Source of the DNA: Camelus dromedarius
Lineage: Eukaryota
DNA length: 64,000 bases
NCBI RefSeq assembly: GCF_036321535.1
Contig: NC_087438.1
Coordinates: forward strand, 4,652,001 to 4,716,000
Reading direction: 5' to 3'
Shown one piece after another: positions 1-11,811 of the stretch. Position numbers and translations under genes: made by a program. Under the pieces are notes generated by a model that did no database searches, had not been told where the DNA came from, and worked only from the letters and a program-made list of their open reading frames with translations. Position 1 is the first letter of the stretch. The number at the start of each line of letters is the position of its first letter.

Positions 1-1295
1 ATAACTTGCCTGATGGGGTTTTTGAAATTAGACTTTTTTTTCATAGAGAAATTTTGATAAACATGCTTATGAATCCAAGCTACGCTTATTGGATGAATTT
101 GTCACTAAGTCTTCAACCCTCAAGTAAGCATTCGTATAGCCTGCGTTTGGTGTGTGTTCTTAAAGCCGGGGAAGATCGGCGGAGCTGGTGGCTGGCAAAG
201 GACTTCAGAGCATTGTCATATCCACGGGGACGTGGGTGAAGGCAGCGAGTGAGTAGAGGCGGCGATGCACTTGAATACATGTGCCTGGAAGTGCGTTCTT
301 CACTGACACTGGCTCTGACCTTGGGCTCTTGATCACTGATGCACTGACACTTCTGTCTGGATGGTTCCCAAGGATGCATCCTTCTAGTGTGATTGCGCTA
401 AAAGTTTGGGTCTCACTTCCGCTCCTTCCCATCACTCTTGTACCCCATCACCCAGGCTTCAGAAAGACAAACTCTCCCCCATCCTCTTTCCACACTATTT
501 ATAGCCTTGCTCACCAAGATTGTGCTATCAGAATCTGTTTTGCCAGTTCCTGGTGTGTTTTCGTTGAAATCCAGGTGCTATGATTTCTCAAGGAATCCTT
601 GTAAATGATGGTACTTGTGTTTGCTTTATGCATCCCACATAATGGCTTCAGCAGAGTGGGCGAGACCAGCTACGCCCAGCGCCGTGGTGCCGCTCTGCAG
701 AGATTCACTTTTCTTTCACTCTGTTTTGTTTGGGTTCCCAACATCAGTCACGGTGAAAACACAGGTATCTTTGCCTCTAACAACCAAGACATTTTGTTAG
801 GATGGGATCGAGTTTTCGTAAGCTGGATAAGATTCCAGAATTATGTCGTTAACTTTATTTAAGAGAATGTATTTTCATGGTGCACTGGGTTGGGTGACAG
901 CTAGGGAAGAGAGTGCGGTTCTACTTAAAATCCTAGTTCAGAAGCTCACAGATTTGTTTTTTTTTTTAAGTTTATCTTCCTCCTGAATTTATTTGCTTTT
1001 CTGGTTTTTTTTTTTTTTTGATGCTTATTGGGTGAAATTGTAGCTAAACCTGTATCTTTAACCTCAAGTAAGCATCTGTGTGTGTTGGATGCAGTTTTTT
1101 TCCTGTCAAAAGCCATTCCTCCGTCTCCTCTGCTACTTCTTTTCCAGTAAAACCCCAATCTGTAACATGCGAAGATTCTGATCGCAGAGGAAGCTGATCC
1201 CAAGGAGAAGGACCACGGTCAGCCTAGGCCAGCCAAGGCAACCCCATTCCTCTTGGCCAGTGGGCGTGTGACCTAATTCTGGCCCATGGGCTCAC

Positions 1296-2326
1296 TTTAG
1301 TTAACTAACGTGGCATAATAAATCACTCTAAAGCATGGCGGCTTGAGGGATGTGCGTGTCTGTTGTTCTTGCAGCGTCTACGTGTGAGGGTCTGAGAGTG
1401 GCTCAGTCGGGTGATTCTGGCCTGGGAAGCTCGTCTGAGGTTTCAGTCAAGATGTCGGCCAGGGCCGTGTCCTCTGAAGACCTGACTGGAGATGCTGGGC
1501 TCACTTCCCAGGTAGCTAATTCTCACGGCTGGCGAGCTGGTGCTGGCTGCTGGCTGGAGGCTCCAGGTCCTTCCCACTGCGACTTTCTGCAGTGTGTTTA
1601 GGGTGTGACAGCTGGCTTCCCCCAGAGCAAGAAAACTGAGAGGGGGGCCGAGAGCGGCAAGGAGAAGTTATCCATTTTATGACCTTACTTTGTGGTCCGA
1701 CAGCATCCCTGCACTAGTTACATACTGCTCTGTAACAAATTACCCTCACTTAGCAGCTTAAGAAAACACACATTTATCATCTCACAGCGCCTTTGGGTCC
1801 GGCGTCTTAGCTGATTCCTCTGATTCAGGGTTTCTCAGGAGGCTGCAGTCAAGGTGTCGGCCAGGGCTGGATTCCATCTCAGTCTCGATGGGGAAAGATT
1901 GTCTTCCAAGTTCACATGGTTGTCAACATGATTCAGCTCCTTGCTGCCTGTTGGCGGGAGGCTGCGCCCCGTTCCTTACCCTGTGGTCCTCTTTAATGAG
2001 GTCACCTTATCAAAGCCATGCCAGGAGAGTGTCAGTGAGAGCCTCCCAGCGAGACGGAAGTTAAAGCCCTACATAGCACAGCCATAGAAGTGACAGCCCA
2101 CCGCCTCTGCCCTTTCTGCTGGTTGGAAGCCAGTTGGGGGAGAGGACTGCATGCAGGTGCGGCTGTCAGGAGGGGCGATCGTGGAGTCTGTCTCCACCGT
2201 CCCTTCTGCGATGCCAGACTCTATTCACGTAAAGTCAGCCACTAAGTCTGGCCCACATTCAGGGAGGGGAATGAGGCTCCACGTTTTGAAGGGAGAGTGT
2301 CAGATAATTTATGTGCAAAATTTCAA
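1296..2326 (-). mobile_element. MaLR solo LTR (MLT1F/G-like), interrupted at ~1711-2199
   Basis: 'tctgaggtttcagtcaagatgtcggccagggc', 'gagctggtgctggctgctggctggagg'; resumes with 'ggcccacattcagggaggggaatgaggctccac'. Confidence 0.75.
1711..2199 (-). mobile_element. MaLR solo LTR (MLT1E-like) nested in the previous LTR
   Basis: Starts 'tgcactagtt..ctgctctgtaacaaattacc..cttagcagcttaa..catttatcatctcacag', the reverse complement of an MLT1 3' end. Confidence 0.75.
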
Positions 2327-2604
2327 GGCTTTGCTTTCCTGACAGAGGTAGCATATGGGTTTGGCTTTTCTCCTCCAGCCTCCTCCTTGGCTACAGAGCT
2401 GACATGAAGCCTGGAGCCGCAGCCACTCTGCAGCATCCGTGAGACCTCAGGGAAGAGGATAAATGGCCAATAAGGAGAGGGTGGGGAAGAAGGAGCTGGA
2501 AAAAGCTCGGGTCATCCAAGGCATCCTGGAGCACCTAAGCCCAAATCAGTGACTGGCAACCTCTGGATTCTAACTGTGATTACGAATACACTTCTGGGTT
2601 TTTT

Positions 2605-2781
2605 AAAAAAAGTACTCTTTATTTTGAAATAGTTTAAGACTCACAGGAAGCGGCAAAGACAGCACAGGAACCCCCACCCTCATCTGCGTGGTCTTACATA
2701 CCCACAGCACACGGTCAAGGTCGGGAAACTGACCCTGGCCGAGCGGTGTGAGCTCGACTACAGCCTAATTCGGATTTAACC
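2605..2781 (-). mobile_element. L1MC-type 3' UTR fragment
   Basis: 'tttattttgaaatagtttaagactcacaggaag..gcaaaga.agcaca' matches the antisense L1MC4/5 3' end. Confidence 0.7.
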
Positions 2782-3199
2782 GTAAGTTTCTATTTTTAAA
2801 CATCATGGCTGATTGAATTTCTCTCTAATTTGCAGCCTAAGTGTTCATAACTGATTCATTCTGAAACTGTGAATATATAGACATACAGAGACACCATTTT
2901 TGACATTCTGGTTGGCTTGTCAGGAGACAGACACTTGGAACGTTTACTTTTTTAAAGTATTTGATGGGAGTTCCTGTCTGACCAGCAGAGCACAGAAATG
3001 GACTTGTTTCGATGGTTGTCACAGAACAGAGGATGTGTGATATGTACACCCTAGAACAGAAGTTTTCCAGACGGGAACTGTTAGAAACCTCTCCCCTGAA
3101 TTCACATGGGTGTCCTCTCATCTCCTTCTCCTCTTGTTCCATCTAAATGACTATCTTCAAATGGTCCCGTTAGAGTTTCTGCCCTGGGAGAGCGCGAGG

Positions 3200-3304
3200 C
3201 TCCCCACATCCTGCAAAATACATCTTTCCATCCCCCATGGGTAGCAGGGCCCAGCATAGCGTAGGCGCTCAGTAAGAGTGTGTTAAGTGAACAAGTGAAT
3301 AAAC
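3200..3304 (+). mobile_element. L2 3' end fragment
   Basis: 'cccagcatagcgtaggcgctcagtaagagtgtgttaagtgaa..tgaataaa' is an L2 tail. Confidence 0.65.
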
Positions 3305-4009
3305 ATGGCATTGTGTTCAGTGTGTGATGAGGGCAAGTGAGCACCACTGTGATGTCACCGCTATTGTCACCTGAATACAGCTCACTCCTAGGCCCCGTAG
3401 TTTCCCTTTGGGCTATTCATCCACATTTTCCTTCCCTGACTTCCCATGGGGAGGGTTGCTGTGCTGGCGGGAGGTGGCCAATCAGGCCTTGGCCGGCATG
3501 GCTGGCGTTGGCCAGGGGCCGCCTTTCAGATGCCCCCGGGGTGGTTCTGAGAGCACTAGGGGGAGGGGCTTCTACTCTACCTCATTTCTCCCCCCCCAAG
3601 GATGACTGCTCCCTGATGCCCCCCGTGTAGGGGCACGACGCAACCCAAACACCTATGCTACTGTGCTTCTAGATTGGTTTAGTTTTAGGTCCTTCCAAAG
3701 CAGCAGTGGGAGCCTGGGAGCTGCTCTTTTCCAAAGTGATGGGGATGAGGCTGTCTCTGCAGAGAAAGACCTGAAAGTGTAGTGAGCCTGGAGCAGGGCT
3801 GGCAGTGGCAGAGGTGGGCAAACCCTGCAAAGGGCAGCATGGGAGCACAGGCGGTGGTCGGTGTGGAAGGAGGTGAGGGCAGACGAGGACCGGGCGGAAG
3901 ATGATACCACTGTCATGACTCCTGGAGACACATGTGTCTCTCTGTTTGGCCCCATTTGGAGCCACGTTTGGGGTCCTTCCCTTGGAGCACTCCACACTGG
4001 GCTGCATCA

Positions 4010-4432
4010 CTTATGGTCTGTTCAGCTGCTAATAACCACAAACTCAAAGTGACTGTGGCTGGACCGAGATTTATTTCTATTCCATAAGTCCAGGCCAGGT
4101 ATGATTCTCCATCATATCAGGGACCTGGACACCTGTCTTTTTGTGCCACCAAGCACGACCCTCATCCTCACGGGCCAGGATGTCGCGTCAGCTACAGCAT
4201 CCCCGTATTCTAGGCGGAAGGATGGAGAAAGTGCGATGTGGTGCCAGCTCTCCTCAGGTGCGTCTCTCAGTCCTTGGCTTCCGTCCTAGTGAACAGAAAT
4301 TCATCACATGCTTATACCTAACTACAAGGGAGCTGGAAAATGTAGCTTTTATTCTGGAAAGCTACATGTCTGTTTCTATTTCTATAGAAACAAGAAGATA
4401 GATTTTACAAAGGGCCACCAGTAGCTTCTGTC
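4010..4432 (-). mobile_element. MaLR solo LTR (MLT1J/K-like)
   Basis: 'cctaactacaaggggagctggaaaatgtagctttt' is typical of old MLT1. Confidence 0.6.
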
Positions 4433-4565
4433 TGAAGTACCGTGTACCTCACAGTAACCTTTACATACCTGAGAGCAAGTCTTGAAAACTGTCAGCCACA
4501 ATTATCTAAATTCAGGGGCAAGAACTATGTGTGGGCCAAGATTTTGCCCCACTTGCAAGCTAAAA

Positions 4566-4941
4566 TGTTGGTAACAACATCATGGATGCTGATAGAAGAC
4601 ATAAAACTCCTGGAGCAGAAAAAAAGGATTTATTCCTCATGGTGGTAGCAATGGTCCAAGTATCAACACTTTTGCACCCGCCTAAGTCCCAATTCCCACA
4701 AGGCGATGCAAAGAGGACCAGGTGACCCCTGCACACACAGCTGATTGTGTTATGGGGGAGCGGCCCTGCGCTTCCGGAACCCGAATCTTTTAACAGTGGG
4801 AAGTAAGCATGCCTTCCCCTTTCTCTGGTGGGAGATGCTCTATGCTCCAAGGCCATTCCTCTCTGGAACAGACAGCTGACCCAGAAAGGTGGTCAGCACT
4901 TGCAGAAATGCCAGAGGCCCGTGGAGAGCCGTCCTGCCACA
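4566..4941 (-). mobile_element. ERVL-class solo LTR (MER54/MER73/MER74-like)
   Basis: TG...CA termini; 'gacataaaactcctgg..ggatttattcctca' gives an antisense AATAAA; 'cttgcagaaatgccagaggcccgtggagag'. Confidence 0.6.
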
Positions 4942-7111
4942 TTCCAGAAGCATACTGCTCAGAGAACAGTCTTCACCTCTCCAGTTAGCAGATCACCCGG
5001 CGTCTGCCATTCAACGGCTCTAAATATTTTAAGAGAATGACTTAGCAAGGGCAGGCTGGAAAATGTTTCTTTTCCCCCTGGATCTTAGTTCCTCCTGTTC
5101 TCCATCTTGTCCGTCTTGCTGCAGTGAAGATGCTACATGGTCAAGCCTCGAAGCTCCCCCCACACTGGAGAGAGGCTTCACTCAGCCAGAAGGAGGAAGC
5201 CAGGCATTTGTCTGGCGCTATGAAGTGCAGATTAATGGTGATTTCTGGACAGCCGCTGACCTGGGGGTGGCCCTGGGGGCTAACGGGTTTCATTATTTTC
5301 AGCACTTGCAATGCCATCTATTTATATTTTGAAAGTAATGTCAGATCATGATTTTAAAGCATTTTAAAGCCCTCATTTCTTATCATATTGGGTTTGTTGT
5401 CAGTTTCCTTTCAGGAAATCTTATTTCCAAGCCCTTCCCCTTGTCCCCTCAGGGTCCCTTCTGTTGATGCCCTGGGTGTCTCTACACGGTGTCCCTCCCT
5501 TTTCCAGGTCACCTGGGGATGAATGCAGGGGAGGGTCCTTCAATAGGACTGCCACCTCCCCTGGTGGCCTCATCGTGGAACAAGGGGAAAAGTGACCACG
5601 GCTCCATGCCTCAAAACTAGCTGTGTGTGCCAGTCACTGGTGGGGCCAAGCCGGAAAGAAACTCCTGTCTGCATTTTCCTTCCATTCACAGAGAGTCAGC
5701 TCCCATCACCGAGGCTGAGCAGTGGTCCAAAATTAGATGCTGCTGTTCTCATTTGTTAGTTAAAAATAGCTGTTCTGCATCCTTGGTGCAATCACCCAGG
5801 GGCTGTTTTCAGCAAATGTTTATGATAGAGAAAGACATTTGCTTCTTCACTGCTTATTCAAGGAGAATAGCACTATCTGTTGTTCTCGTGCAAATAGACC
5901 ACCCAGCATGCTGGTGGCAATTCAGCTGCATTGTCTTAGGCTTTGCAGGGAGGTTTTGTTACTGGGAAGCTAGTGAGGAGAGGGGGAGAGGGCACACATT
6001 TAATACGATTCTATAAAAGAGGCAATTAAACCCGGCTCCACTGGGGAGATGGCATACGGTGCTGGATAATTTTGATACAGAGGAAATGACCAGATCTTTC
6101 ATTTTGAAGGGGTATAAGCCCCAAGGGGCGGCCACCTTGAGGATTTGCAGTCCCTCCCTGAGTTCCTGTGTTTGTTGTCCCCTCTGATGTAGGATCAGAA
6201 AGGGGAGCTTCTGACTTTAGATTCAGGGCTTCCTTTATTCTCTTTCTGAGTCAGCACTGCCTGAATGTTCAAATGGGGCCACCCTCTCGCTTTGAACGGT
6301 TCCTGTCCCACCCCTGTCCCTCTGCGGTCCTCTCTGTCTTGCACCCTTCCTTAAGTCCTGCTCCCCGAGAGCCTGACTGATGGCAGAGAGGCCAGAGCTG
6401 CCCAGCTGAGGGTGGGGGAGGGCGGCCTCACCTGGGGCTTGGGTTCTTTCTATCTCTGGCAATAGTGACATGAAATGATTTTAAGGGAAATACCAATCTC
6501 GGGAATTTTAAAGTTCAATTTGCCAAGAACAGAGTCTAAAGACATTTATCTTCAAGGCAGTGTTAGCAGTGAACTTTAAAAGGCCCTGGACAGAGAAAGT
6601 CTTCTTTAAAACATGGCTTTTGGATCTCAGGATTGGCTGGCATGGGGGCTCGTCGGGGACGTGAGACTCAACCCGCCCTAAGACGGAGCACGAGAAACAG
6701 AGGCATGGGCACAGCTCCAAGCGCAGGTTTTGGCAAAAATATCTAGACTCATGGGACCTACTTCTCACTTGCTGTTCAGCAAATGGTTCGTTTTTATTGA
6801 GATATGATTGATTTGGATGTTGAAAAGCTGACGTAGGTTTAAAAGCACAATGAGCCGCAGACACAGTAATACGGACGTGAACTCTTTTTGTCCTTAAGAA
6901 GGTGTCGTGGGGAAAAACGTTTTCTCCTCTGAGAAGCAACGATGCTGCTCCTGGGCCCTCGAAGACCTGTCTAGGAGGGAGAGGGGACTCGTGGCCTGCT
7001 GGTGAGCTACATTTGTTTTTCTAATCCTGCCAGGACTTGGGCAGCAGCAGGGAGCGTGAGTGAAGGAGCAGAAGTCTTGTGATGGAGACACGGATGACGG
7101 ATGGAGGAGCT

Positions 7112-7286
7112 ACAGTGGGGCTGGACCCCAGGGCCTGTGGCCAGTGCAGTCGCACAGGGCTCCGTGCACAGACGGCCCCACGCTCGGGGGATTCTCTGCT
7201 GCTGCTGCTGAACTTCATACATTTTGAATAAGGGGCTGCACAATTCCATTTTGCTCTGGGATCTAAAAATCATGTGGCTGGTCCTG
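7112..7286 (+). mobile_element. MER45A-like hAT-Tip100 DNA transposon (MITE)
   Basis: 'gtgcagtcgcacagggc', 'tttgaataaggggc..cattttgc..', and terminus 'tgtggctggtcctg' match the recalled MER45A consensus. Confidence 0.8.
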
Positions 7287-7469
7287 GCTACAGGAGTGGT
7301 GGGAAGGGATACAGAGGAAATGATACGCAGGAAGGAGGACGGGGGAACAGGGGCAGATGGTAGTGGAGGTGAGAGAGACTGAATGCTTAAGACAGAAGAT
7401 AATGTATTTTCTAGAACTTGGCAGAGGAGGAAGACAGAGAAAAAGAGAAGAAAGGAACAAACAATTATG

Positions 7470-7615
7470 TTTTTGGTTTTCTTTTTTGTTGTTTTTCTTG
7501 GGGGGGTAATTTGATTTATTTATTTACTTATTTTATTAATGGAGGTACTGGGGATTGAACCCAGGCCCTCACGTATGCTAGGTACGCACTCTACCACTGA
7601 GCCATATCTTGCCCC
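7470..7615 (-). mobile_element. tRNA-derived SINE, camelid type (Vic-1-like)
   Basis: Minus strand reads GGGG..TATGGCTCAGTGGTAGAG (A box)..GGGTTCAATCCCCAGTACCTCC (B box), then an (AAAT)n tract, a C-tract and an A-rich tail. Confidence 0.88.
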
Positions 7616-9311
7616 ATGATCTTGAATCATCAAGAAAAGAGAAAAGGCCTCTGTTACATGAGATACTCGCAGTGAGAAGGTGGCTGGATCCAGGCAAATC
7701 CATCCAGGTGTGGTGTGGGCGGCTTCCAAGGTGACACTGTCTTGAAGTCAAAGAAACACAAGTGTGCTTGCAGGGTCCTCTCTCTCTATTTTTGGTCAAA
7801 GCCAATTAGGAAGTGGTTTTCCTCAAATCATACCAGCATCTTGGTTTTTCTGGGGGAGAGATTTGGTTCCCGTGTGCGTGGGGGATGGAGGGCTGAACCA
7901 TATCTCCATTAAGGTTATTTCAGGAGCTTCCCATTTTTCAGGACTTCCTGCAAAAGGTTTCAATTGCATTTCCCTTTATTCTCTGAAGGGAGTTTTGTGG
8001 TTCTCTGATTTACGTGAAGGTCAGGACAAGGTCTGCAGGTGGCCGCGGAACATAAATTATAGACCCCCTGACGTAACTGCGGGGTCAGAGCAGAACGGCG
8101 GATGCATTAGTGGAGGGCTGGTCACTCGCCTTTAAGTGCTAATTCACTTCTCAAAGGTGCCCCTGAGAGGCTCTCTGTCTCACTGCTCATTAGGCCTGAG
8201 GCTGAGCCTTTTCCATATTCATCACGGCGCTGGAGCTGCGGCTCGCTGGGAAGTGACTCACGGCTGGGGAGAATTACTCGGCAGACCAAAGTGATGGGAG
8301 GACGTGCGTGATCTTCACCTCTCAGGCAAGCAATGCAATTACCCAGGAAACCCATGCACGGAGCAGGAAGCCAGCTGGCTGCGTGCTTGGCATCCTTGGT
8401 GTGTCCTCGTAGCCTGGGGAGGAGGGCACAGGTCTCAGGGGTTTGCAGCCCTGCTGGGAGAGGAAACATGCAGACATTAGTCAGTAGGTCATCGGTCCGT
8501 GGTGGGGATGAGGATGCTGAGGCCCTGCCGTCCCTGGAGAACTCTATCGGGTGCCTGACCCCTTCTCACATCAGGGTCTGTTCCTCAGAGGGGCTGTCTT
8601 GGATGACCCAGCTGGCTGTCCCCCTCCCCCGTCACAGAAAGGCAGTGTGTGTGTCAGATTCTTGTAGAAGATGGGTCTGAAGTCAGACTTCGAGGGAAGA
8701 GGCCCATGAGGATGGCAGCATGGGGGTGACTGGGGGCCACCAGGTGTCAAGGATGGTGATGGTGAGGACAGCGTAGAGCAATAGGTGAGGGAGGCAGTGG
8801 GCCCTGGGGGAGGGGCGGCAGGCAGAGCTGACATGACTGTGGGTGGGGTCGGGGTCTCCCTCTCTTTTCATTGCCAAGAGCGATCATGGGGTCCTGGGGT
8901 CCCCACTGCAGTTTCCACGCTCAGCCTTCTGGACAGGCGCCCCTCCAGTGAGGGTGGGGGACTCCGAGAGCAGTGTGCACCATGTCCACTCATCTCTACA
9001 GTCAGGGCGGGCACAGCTCGGGGATCCCGGGAACAGAGATGCGGGGTGCCAGCATCCTTCCCCAGCAGCTCTCACCTGACTTCACGGGGCTGGAGGCACT
9101 GAGCTGAGCAGTAGCGACTCAGAGAGACAGAACGCCTGGTCAACTCGTGACCTGCAGTCTGGTTGGAAAGAGAGCCACATGCAAAGCGTCAGGCTTGAAT
9201 GTCCCAGAGCTTCAGAGGAAGGAGGGGTAGCTGGTGTGGGGTCATAGCAGAGCTGTGTCATGGAAGAGTCAAGGCCACGAGGGTCTTGGAGCAGGTGTTC
9301 TCCTGGGGACA

Positions 9312-9610
9312 TTCTTTCACTTATTCTGCCATGAGCTCTGCTGGGTGCTGAGTGCAGCGGTGAGGGGCACAGGAAAAGAGCCAAATCTCATGAAACTTGA
9401 AGCTTTACTGGGGAGACAGACCATAAACACGTCAAGAGTAAACAATGTGATTTCAGATGCTAAGAAAATAGAACAGTGTAGGGGGGTAAGGAGTGATGGG
9501 GGAGGCGGGTAGTCAGCTGGGTCGACCAAGACGGACTCTCTGAGGCGTAGACCCTGATGGTGAGAAGGGGTCAGGCAGCCAGGAGTTCTCCAGGGGTGAC
9601 GGTTGTGGGG
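9312..9610 (-). mobile_element. L2 fragment
   Basis: 'ctcatgaaacttgaagctttactgggagacagac..taaaca..atttcagatg..aagaaaatagaacag' matches the antisense L2 3' region. Confidence 0.65.
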
Positions 9611-9654
9611 ACAGGAGTGCATGCGGCGTGTCTGGGAGGCAAGAGCGGTTCACT

Positions 9655-9830
9655 GTGCACCCAGCACTGTCTTAAGAGCTCCCTGTGCATTTATGCACAA
9701 CCCCCTAAGGTGGGAGCAGGGATGGTTTACAGATCAGGAGACTGAGGCTTAGAGAGGCGCCACCACCATGCTGAGGTCACAACCAGAAGTCAGTGGCGCC
9801 GTGCGTGAACATCTATCCCCTGACCCCAGG
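9655..9830 (-). mobile_element. MIR SINE
   Basis: 'tttacagatcaggagactgaggcttagagagg..gaggtcaca' is the antisense MIR core. Confidence 0.7.
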
Positions 9831-10197
9831 ACCACCTTGCTGTCCGTTTTCCCAGTGTGAGCCCCAACACCACCTCCTCCGTGAACCCCTGGCAGCTGGA
9901 GAAGGTGCTCTGCACCCAAGCTGAGCTGCACATGCTGAGAAGAAGCCAGGATGGTGGGACAGCCAAGCCTGTGGTGTCCCTCAAAACCCAGTCCTCCTGG
10001 AGCAGCAGCAAGGGGCCCGGGAGGGAACTTCGGATGCCAGGGCTGAGGGGGTTGGCTCATTCTCAGCGTTCTAAGAACCACTCAAGGTTTCTGATTAAGA
10101 ATCACATGTGCAAAGTGGAATTTTAAGCAGTTAGGCAACAGGAGGCCTAAGGGTGTGAGGACGGGAGAGGGACTCAGGGCCAGCCTCAAGGTCGTGG

Positions 10198-10976
10198 TGT
10201 CATGGGTTGAATTGTGTCCCCACATTCGTGTGCTGAAGTCCTCATCCCCAGTACCTTGAAATGTGACCTTATATGGAAATTAGGTCTTTGCAGATGATCG
10301 TGTTACAATGAGGTCACTAGGATGGGCCTTTGGCCACTGTGGCTGGTGTCCTTACAAAAGGAGGGAGGTTTGGGCACAGACATGGAGGGAGAACGCCGCC
10401 GGGACGTGGGGCCAGAGAGCAGGGCGCACTTACACAAGGCAAAGGAGGCCAAAGATTGCCGTTTGTTTCCCACCGAGTTGTGTCTCCCTCAGACGCACGT
10501 GTTGAAGCCCTGCCCCGCCAATGTGACAGCATTTGGAGGTGGGGTCAATCAGGAGGTCCTAGGGTGTGGGGCTGCTGTCCTTATGAGAACAGGAAGGGAC
10601 CCCAGAGCCCCGTTAAGACACAGAGAGACGGTGGGGGTCTGAGAGCCAGAAGGGAGCCCTCCCCAGAAGCCGCGCTCGCTGACGCCTTGATCGTGGGCTT
10701 CTAGCCTCCGCAGCTGTGCGAGAAGGAGCGTCGCTAGCTTAACGTGCCCGGCCTGCGATATTTTCCCACGGCCGCCCGAGCAGATGAAGATCCTGACGCT
10801 GCCAGGAGGCGGGGAGAGGCCTGGAACAGCTTCAGCCTCAAGTCTCAGGAGGAACCGGCCCTGCCGGCACCTTCATCTCAGACCCCTGGCCTCCAGACTG
10901 TGGGAGTATCAGGTTCCGTGACAAACGCCGCGGTGCGGGGCGCGCTGTCACAGCAGCCCCAGGGCGCCAATTCACA
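10198..10976 (+). mobile_element. MLT1C-like MaLR solo LTR, interrupted at ~10464-10790
   Basis: Starts 'tgtcatgggttgaattgtgtcccc..gaagtcct..cccagtacct..aatgtgaccttat'; resumes 'gagaggcctggaacag..ggaaccggccctgcc' and ends '..aattcaca'. Confidence 0.85.
10464..10790 (+). mobile_element. MLT1A-like MaLR solo LTR nested in MLT1C
   Basis: 'gtgttgaagccct..ccaatgtgacagcatttggaggtgggg', 'ccttgatcgtgggcttctagcctcc'. Confidence 0.75.
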
Positions 10977-11811
10977 CAGGAAGAGTGGAGCCAGCAAGGA
11001 GACTCATTCTCGGAGCGAAAATGCCAAGCTATTTCAGGAGTAACATACCCAACAATCTTACTCAATTTTCCCCCAGTGCTTTAATGGAAATGACAATTCT
11101 AGGAAATCCAAGTGATGAATAAAGAAGATTTGAATTTTTATTGATGGGAAAATGAGAGGCAAGATTATCTTTTAATAATAAGCCCACTTATTTGGGATTT
11201 CCTGGCGCAGCACGTGAACACACGGATACTTCCGTTTTTACAATCGCACGTGCTTCAGAAATTAAAATCCAGACGCTGCGAAACAGATCTCTGAATGTTT
11301 GTTACAAAGAATCTCACTGCTGGTTTAAAATAGTCCACGAGCCCTATATTTACATATTTTGGAATAAATTAGTTCACTTAAGAAGGGAAATATCCTTTAT
11401 TTCCATTGAGTGTCATAATGTCCATTTGGGGCCTAAAAATAGTTCTTTCTCTGGGCTGTGCATATCTTATGTAACTCTTCTCTCTCAGCCTGGATGTCCC
11501 CGCCTTCAGAGGGCCTGCCAGGGTCAAGTGCGAGTTCCCAGGCCCTCACACTCTCTTTCCCTCCTCCTTACTCTCCCTGCCTCCGGTGAAGACAAGGTGA
11601 GAAGAAGGTCGGGGTCCCCCCAACAAGAGATCCCTCTGCTGAGGTCTGTGGCCCCAAGGCCTCAGAGGGACAGCAGAGCCATCGAGAAGGGACTGTCTCT
11701 TCTATTCTGAGGGACTTCAGTGGTGCATTGAGAATTTAAGAGCATACTTTTGTCTCATCCACACATACTTCTTAGCAGCTGGGGCCTGGCTTGGAAATAA
11801 AATGTGTATGT

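Larger units (their letters stand above)
1185..2858 (+). mobile_element. Ancient ERVL solo LTR (LTR16/LTR33-like), split into ~1185-1290, ~2327-2600 and ~2782-2858 by later insertions
   Basis: Motifs 'gtgtgacctaattctggcccatgg' and 'gcctggagccgcagccactctgcagc', and terminal 'ttgcagcctaagtgttcataactgattca', resemble the recalled LTR16/33 consensus; the pieces are collinear. Confidence 0.6.

Noticed and set aside
7545..7615. tRNA gene (A/B boxes here and at ~44140-44215)
   Set aside because: tRNA-like head of a SINE with an AT-rich tail, plus a TSD in the second copy; not a stand-alone tRNA
11192..11710. 172-aa ORF
   Set aside because: Non-ATG start, crosses a compositional boundary, no recognisable protein features
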